Positions 51,930-64,000 of a stretch of DNA of 64,000 bases are shown in pieces. The translations under genes were made by a program, and so were the position numbers. The notes below the pieces were generated by a model, which ran no database searches, was not told the origin of the DNA, and saw only the letters and a program-made list of their open reading frames with translations. Each line of letters starts with the position of its first letter. Position 1 is the first letter of the stretch. The stretch covers positions 19,669 through 83,668 of the forward strand of contig NW_002060963.1 in the NCBI RefSeq assembly GCF_000150275.1, in the 5' to 3' direction. This DNA comes from Trichoplax adhaerens (lineage: Eukaryota; Animalia; Placozoa).

Positions 51930-54900
51930 TGATCAATTTATATGATAGGTCATATTTTATCCTTGTAGAAGCTAGATTTATCCATTCACTATGGGTTACC
52001 GTAAGGAAGGAGAAAAATATGACATAGAAAATGATAATTGTATTTCAAAATAGAGCAGATAATGAATTGAGAAATTTTAAATTAAATCAAAATTACGATA
52101 CCAATACTCACTTTTAGAAATTACAATGTAAGCACAGCTGGTTATTTTTTGAAACGGTATCTGGTACAGTTATATTTCTTTTGAAAATATTTATCATCCA
52201 AGTAGTTACCATAGCCATTCCATTACTGATGATCCAGTAAGAAAAGATTTTTAATAAGCAAGGTAAAACAATCATTTCCCACTTTGATGGCTTAACAGTA
52301 TCCTATTTCTTCAATGTTTGATGACAATAGGTGCAATCCAGTTATTAGTAAACATAGCAATTTTTTAAATCTTTGATTTTAAATATTATCAGCTTTAGAA
52401 ATTGCTTACAGCTAGCTAATCATAATTATAACGATGGAAAATAACAAAGCGCAAGTTGATCGCCTCGGATTATTAAAGGGTTGTAAAGTTTCTATTTGAA
52501 AATTGTCGATGCGTAGTATATTGGCTAGAGCAAAACCTGTGGAGCAGGATATAATTGGCCACTCCTTCCCTATATACTTTATCCATTACTGTGTTTAGAA
52601 TGCGATCGATTCATAAAGCTATAGTATCCAAAAAAAAATACTAATGACAATGCGGATGAATAGATTGTTGTTGAAATGCATTAATAGCTCTAGTGTCAAG
52701 ATTAAAATATTAAAAAAATGTGATCATATTTGGCAAGAGAATATGCCGTAGAGGGCAATCATAGAAAGAGGAATGATTTAAAAAGTGGCCTGATTGATGT
52801 CAGAGTGTCTTATTGCCATCAGTAGTTGAATATCTTTAATCTATTTTATAATTTTCAATAGTATTATTGCTGCCTCGGCTCACTGACAGATTAATTCCTT
52901 ATTTTTAAGAAATTTTAATTATCAAGATATGTCTCAAGTCAAATATGTAGACACGTAATGTAGGTAAGGCACGTATGTGACGGATTTTATTTGCCATTGA
53001 AGAAGAAAATTAAATATTTTTATCCTGTCTACAGAGATATTAATTGGATCTTTACTACCTTACTTGTGATGTCTAGATTGAGAAATTAATAGTTATAGAA
53101 GGAAAAATCTACACGTAGACACATATTTCGGTTATGAAATTTCCTTATCGATCCTAATTTGATGAGTATATTAGGGAATTAATTCTTGCGTTTGTCAATA
53201 AATATTTTCTATAAACGAAAGGTATAAGTGCATAAGTATCGTATGACTACTTGCAAGCCAATCATGAATACCGTAGAGTAGAAATAAATACATTTCAAAA
53301 AGTGTAGTATTGTATTTCAGTGTCAAAGACTTTTGATAGTTATGAATAAATTATTCGTATTTTATTCTTATTGATCACCTGGATTTCTATCGGTTAATCG
53401 ATATTGTATACCTTTACTATTACCATAGCAAATTTCAATTCTGCTTGCTCACTCATAGCATGATAGGTATTTTACCTCAAGCTATTTCTTAAAAGTTTTT
53501 ATTACTTATTTATGAAATGAATTTTCATCATCAATCTCCTTTATAGGCAATGTTCAATTCCTTATAAAAGTGCGCTGCTGTATTTCAGTAGAGTAAATAA
53601 CACCCAAATTTTAATTATTTTTCTGAAGTTAATGTGAAAAATATCCAAAATTTCTATAAATACCATCCTGTAGAAAAGAATATTCAGATGAACATATTAC
53701 ATTTTGCATGTTCATCATAGAATAGCTTTGTCAAGAATAAAACAATGGCATAATTTTTACGGTTAGCTTTGACTACCGAACTGAGTAGAGCTTACACTAG
53801 TTGCGATATTGAACGAGCGACATTTTTTGTTAGCTATTAATGTTATACTAAGTGGTTTTTTTTAATAAAAGTTAGCCAATCATAAAATTAAGTACATTAT
53901 TTAAGTATTGCAATAATAAAAAATGTTTTACAATAATTGGATTTCCTGGAAATAGAAATAAAGTTTTCCGATATAAGCAAATTTATAACTATATTATTAA
54001 TTGAAGGTATTATATTGCCATTTACTGTTAATTCCAACCTTAATATGACCGATTTTATTCATTTAAGCTACACTTTATTCTTAGTTAATTAAGTTGCTGT
54101 TAGTCCAGTTTTAGTCTTTTTGCCGATCTGTGATTGCATTCTGAAGCAAAAGAATTAAATGATATCAATTAATAATTTACATAATTAGATAAATCACTCA
54201 AATTAGTGAAGCTAAACGGAATTTATGTTGATAAGGAACTGAGCTTAGATGTAAACCCTTAGCAATGAGGAAAAGAATATCCAGCAATACTAACAATTGA
54301 ATTTAAGGAGTGTGACGGACGTAATTATATAGCTTTATTACTTGCATGTTTAGCAGTATTAAATTTACAGCATGGTATTCAGCATTACATAGTCAAATAG
54401 TTGCGAAGCGAACGATTATTTCATGAAATACTAGTAACATAAAAGCAAATAGACGATCTATTTGTTGACAGGCATATCTTTTTTATTATTTTCGATGGAT
54501 AATTTGTGAGTATATCAACTTTTTTAACGCATAAAGCATTACTTTAGAATCTTTTACACGATTAAGTTTACCCTAAAGCAGTTAGTTTCTTTACATACGT
54601 CAATATAGTTTTACGATAATGATACAATACGAGATGATTATTGCGGCTGTGTTAAACTTGAAAATTAAGTTTAATTTCATACGAGTGGTATAAATGGTAT
54701 AATTAAGAAATTGTATAATAGAAAATTAAGTGTTCTAACGTTTGTCATGAACTGAGAAATGCTGATTGATGCTAATGGGAAGTGTAATACGGATAGTCCT
54801 ATGATGCATTAACTAGTACAACATCTTTTCTTTTTTGTGTGGCGAAGAAAATTCCTTACTACGCCCTTATTAATGGTAATTAAATAATAAAAAGTCTTAC

Positions 54901-55655
54901 TGCCAGGTAGATACATTCGCGGGTCTTGATTCAATTCAATTTTACTACTGAATTACGAGAGAAAGGAAGCGAGTGTTGAACTTTCGGAGGCCGTATCACT
55001 AGTATGTATCATCTGCATTGGACTTTGTAAACTTTCTCCAGAAAGAACAACTACAGTAACTTCTCCAAGATCACTCTAAAACCCATAAACTTTTGTATCG
55101 AGATCCACAAAATTTTATATACAACTTGTAATAAAAGTATCTGACAACGAAGTCATTTATTGCTAAGTTAAATACTAAAAAGATAGCATTTGCTGCTTTA
55201 AGAAATGTATAAAGATTTTTATTAAATCCTTTAAAGCAATTTTTTGGGGTGGTCATTACCAGGTGTATCATTAATAAGATCTACGATAGAGGCAGAAAAG
55301 TATGATGCAAAATTGATGGTGCTGTGTGCACGTGTTCGTTTTTAATCTACAGACTAAATACCGGAGGGAACAGCAGGCGATATACCGTCATATTTTTACT
55401 TTATTCTAATTGATCGCAATCGTTGCTATTACATTTCTAATACGGTTAGAATAATGATATGAATTTAATCGAACAACGATTATCATTAACTAGTCCATTT
55501 ATGCCTGTAATGAGTGAAATAGTGAATCAATAAGAAGTTGCAGGTGCTTGAATAATATCCGTACACCTTTAGGATTGTATGATTATCTAATTTAGTATGC
55601 TCTATTTGCTTGAGATGTACTACATAAGGTAGTAGTATAATTATAATTAAATATA

Positions 55656-58139
55656 TTATACAAGAAACAGCATACCTTTAATTTCACTCTCATCTTCAAG
55701 TGGCTTGTTTAAGGCAACATCAAGTGGTAAATCGAAAGAAATGCACATCATGTGTTTATCGGGAGCGACATCTCGTACGTCGTAGACATGATAACTTCCT
55801 TCCTTAAGCGATGTATTAAGAACATTTTCTACTTGATGAATTACATCAATTTTTCTATCTTCTGCTTTAGAAAAGCAATAGCAATGTATACGTGGTAAAT
55901 AACGCCTATCAATTTCGATTGAGTTTGACTTATGTAGCGGGCTATTTTTATAGAGACCGCGGAAGACATCTAAAAATTCGATTGCTGACGCCGGCAAATT
56001 CATAATAATGTGATTGATAACGAGTAAATTCTTGCTCTCCGTTGTTCCTTCATTTATAATTTTATCTCTTACAATTTGTTGGATAAAATCTCGACCATCT
56101 AAATTAAACGTATAAAATTGTTTTCCTAGTTTATTTGTTTTGCTATTATGGAGTAGCCAGTGATAAGAATCCGGATTTAAATCGTTTGCATATACAATAC
56201 AATTTTTCCTTGCTGCAGGGATAGCAAACGGTCCCACGCCGGCAAAAACGTCGACAATAACTTGTTTTGGCTGGAGTAAATCAATAATTCGGCGATGCTC
56301 CGTATGTAATCGAGAATTCCAGTAAACTTTACTATAATCGAACCGGAATTGGCATTCATTCTCTTTCACTGTAGTGATCATGCAATCGTCACCTGCTAAA
56401 ATTTCCAACGGCGCTACTCGAAATTGATTGTCGATTTCACTGGTCTTATTGACAACAGTTTTTAAGTGTGGATTTTTATCTAGTATAACTTGGCCTAAGT
56501 GAAATTAATAGATAAAATTTGTAATGGACGTGTATTATAATATGCACAGTAGTAAACTATGCAAAATCCTATCATAGCCTAGAAATTTAGACACAAGACT
56601 TGGTCATCAATGACTAGCTAAGAAGTTCTATGATGGCACTAACTAGAATGTCTAAGCTATAATTGAGTTGAAAATAATTGATAGCTCATCGATTTATTAT
56701 GTTCTAGTACAATTTCATATCACATCATACACTTGTACTATAATAATTAAGCCTAGAAATTAACGTTGTTATGGTTCATTAATTGCTGAAATTTAAGAAA
56801 TTTCTGTAAGAATTTAATGATACTGCATCATTGCTAGCTGATACTTTGATATAAAATCTACTGTACTCCTGTATCATATGCAGTATATAAAATAGGTTGA
56901 ATAAAAGTTTTAGCATATTCTCTAGATTGAAAGAGTTGGGGAAGGGGGTAAAGGGAATGAAGGAATTGTGTTTGAAGTTTCTGATCAACACTGAGGTATC
57001 CCATCGTTGAGCTTGCAAGGTAATACTTTGGCTAATTATTTATCACGTTCTAGGTACATTACAACTACGGTATATCAGTATCAAGATGTGGGAAAGGAGG
57101 GCGAATAGGTACGAATTGATTCATGATAAACAACAAATCGTTCAATTCTCAGGAATTGAACGATATTTTTTAGTTTCTAACGTCAAAAGTATTCATTAAT
57201 TAATCATGCTATTACAAAATCCTACCATGGCCTGCGTGACTTAATGCATAACTAGTTGTAGAATTAATAAGTTATCACAAGATGGGAAATGTAGTACTAG
57301 TGATAGCTAAAAGTTCTGATGGCTCGAATCGAAGTAACATCTGGGCTAATAAATTAATTTTAACTGCGGGAAATGCTTGCGAGTAATTGTAGAGTCTCTA
57401 CTTTCTAGTCCACCTATAGTACAGTCTAAGAGCCATATCACTTGTAGCAGTAGCTAAATATTCTGGCTCCAACAAAAGTAACATCTTCGTTAATTCACTT
57501 TTGTAATGGACTTTAAACATGAATGTCATCTTAATCTATTAATCTATCGTAAGTTATCAAGATCTACCTAAGGTAATTCTAAATTTTGAGATTGATATCA
57601 AGGATTAACAGCAACTGGAATGCTTCATAGTTCGTGTCAAAACCATGATTCAATACTGACAATTGCTTACCGATTAATTTCTTATAATTCTGCATAGGAG
57701 GACGTAAATTTAAATGGGCTATTTGACCAACACTTTCAAATGATGTAATAGCTTGGTCTGTATCAGGCCTTAAAATCGCTCTTAGGACATCCTTGACCGA
57801 CCAATGATCGTAGTTAACCGGTAGATGATGACTACATAATTCACCATGATGATCACGAACAAATTGCAACTCCTTGTCATCGAATTGGGCCTGAGGGTGG
57901 AGTAAGACAATTTTTTTAAATTTATCGGTTTGATCCAGTTGGATATTAGGAATACGCTGTTGATTGAATGTCTTAGATTGTAATTGTCGAAGGAAAAGCG
58001 AGCATAATTTCGGTTGGATACGAATAGCCGGCAATTGAAATACTTGATTAAATGCAGCTCTATTTAATTCCGTCATTCCAGCTACCTGTGCTGGAGGTGA
58101 CCAATTGAAAGCGGTTCTCTGCAAGACGTTGGCCATCAT
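55656..58139 (-). CDS. TRMT5: tRNA (guanine-37-N1)-methyltransferase; exons 58139-57671 and 56494-55676, C-terminal exon(s) uncertain
   Basis: TSFESVGQIAHLNLR; IG|QVILDKNPHLKTVVNK; FDYSKVYWNSRLHTEH; DVFAGVGPFAIPAA; ANDLNP; FNLDGRDFI; IMNLPASAIEFLD; VRDVAPDKHMMCISF. Confidence 0.95.
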
Positions 58140-60295
58140 CGGGCTATCTATAGCCTATTAGAACTAGATTTCTTTACTTACTTTAGTGTTGTTGATTTCA
58201 GTTAGTCAATATTCAGTGGAAGTGATGGATTAATTTGGATTTAATCGTAAGCAGAGGCGCAGCATCTAGGCAACCATCGATCGGTGGTGCTGCAGCAACG
58301 ATTAGACTCGTTCGCTATATTGGTGCCTAAGGTGCTCACAATACTATAACGCTCAGTATAGAGGGGTTTTACGTGATGCTCAGCTAGTGTAAGGTTTTGT
58401 AGTCAGTTTGTTGGTGAGCAGGATACTGTATAATGAACGTCGATGTTAGGTAATATACAGTATGGACAATTCTTCACGATGCCGCTACTGCACTTGTTTA
58501 AAAGTCCCACCAATCTTCATCGGCCGGAAGGCTAAACTATCTACGTCCTAGACCAAGACGTTTGATATTGATCAAATTGATTAGATGGCAAGCCAAATTG
58601 GTCAATGGAGATCTACAACTACAGTATTTGAGCTGACGAGGTGCAGCATCGACTGAAGTCAATCAGTAGATCAAGAGAACTCGAAACAGTGCTACCAATC
58701 AGGGCACGATATACACGGAGGTGCTGCTGCCACTACTCGCTTGGAACAGTTATCTTGTCCATAAATAAAAGTAGTCTATAAATTCCTTCAAAGGCCTTCC
58801 CAGGGACGACTGTATAAAGTAGATCTCCGCCCACCGGACCGTTCTAAAGCCTACAGGATAGACTACCGATATTTGGTATAGATCGATTTGATTTGATAGC
58901 TAGCAAAGCTGATCATGAGCAACATAAACTGCAGCATTTAGTGAACTGAATCAGTACTAATGGTACTTGAAACAGCGCTACAACGTAGAGCATGGTATGC
59001 AAGATTCGATTTATTTTGATGGAGTTTAGGTGAGGAATGCAATCCGTCGATGAAGAATGACTTTTGTAGACCTCTGCTATAAAATAAACACACTAGCCTA
59101 CGGTACCGAATGATATTAGATTTAATCTACGGGACTGCCAATATGTTTACAATACAAATAAATGTTTACTAGTCCTGTAGAATATAGGAGGAAGAAGAAG
59201 GATTGTTGTTGAGAAATACAAGGCCATTGCTGTTATAAAGCAACGTAATGAAGAAAGGAGATATCCCCAAGACTCAGTGCGATATAAAATATCCATTCAG
59301 AGATTAACTCTACATTTCTAGATCATACGTAAGTACTGTACGCATCAAATTCAAGCGATCTGTGAGTAAAGGATCAGATTGCAAGGGTAAGAAAATAAAT
59401 GAACTCTAGAAACTGACGAGGCTTGTGTGTAAAGAGCAAGCCCTCAATATACTAATATATACCAATCAAAGCAATAGCATTGAGAACCCTAATAAATTGA
59501 TCACTAAGCCACTAGGCTTGACAATTTATTTACTGTGATTTAGATCTGTAAAAATTTTGGACAACATGGTTTATAAAAGTTCACTTGAAACATTGGCTAA
59601 TACTGACGATTTTATCACCACTGACGTTTCCACAAGCTACGATTCTACGAAATTTATTGAGACATGCACGTAGCATATGTACAATTGTACATACGTATTT
59701 AAAAGAATAGTATCCAATAATATTAATATATTGACCAACAGTTAGACTACCTTAGCCATAGCAATTCTATCAAAATATTAACAAAGTAACTATAGCATAT
59801 ACGAATACTCTATTACATACAAGTAATACTTGCAGAGATCAATATATACCCTACACATATTAGATACGAGTCGTATCTATGCGTATGCGTATGTGTATTA
59901 CAATAATGACTACTAATAATAATTAGTATAAATTTGGACCTAAATATAAACAGTACTATCCAATTCTATCGGAGATAGTTGATGTTATCCAAATAATATA
60001 TCCAATTTTACAATTTACCCAAAATCTATATACGTTTACCATGGGTTATGGTCAAATGATAGCCAACCAATTGCTATACAAATATAACAATATATTACAC
60101 TAAGGTAAGGTAACTCAATTATAGCTTTCGTTATATTCACGACGTTAATTTGAGACTTTGATATATAAATACAATAATCTCCTTAGTACAAGGTACAATT
60201 AATATTTAATTCAATTCAATTCTAAAAAACTACGATCTAAATGTCAGCAATTGATTGCTTTTAAAGAAAACAGTGTTCAGTTTCAAGTCCCATTC

Positions 60296-64000
<3,705 letters not shown>

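Overview
AT-rich eukaryotic (animal) genomic DNA with three N gaps (1358-1407, 11743-11792, 12972-13831). The short GT-AG introns, compact gene spacing and metazoan rDNA suggest a placozoan such as Trichoplax; this is inferred, not verified. The left quarter (1-15.7 kb) is the edge of a minus-strand rDNA array. It contains the promoter/5'ETS end of one unit (1-238), an ~11.5 kb spacer-like region built from a 25/26-bp satellite, and a partly assembled unit (28S 5' part, ITS2, 5.8S, ITS1, 18S 5' part, 5'ETS/promoter). The satellite grades into 51-bp and then perfect 35-bp arrays. It carries several solo LTRs of different families, each with its own 5-bp target-site duplication, repeatedly at NNAAC sites of the satellite; this is the most striking feature of the window. 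The rest is single-copy and genic: CCT4 (-), ARMT1 (+, head-to-head with CCT4), XPO1/CRM1 (-), an intronless INSM/Nerfin zinc-finger gene (-) next to a ~13 kb gene-free region, TRMT5 (-), and the 3' half of a kinesin light chain gene (-). No CRISPR array, tRNA or autonomous transposon was found. All exon boundaries were read by eye.
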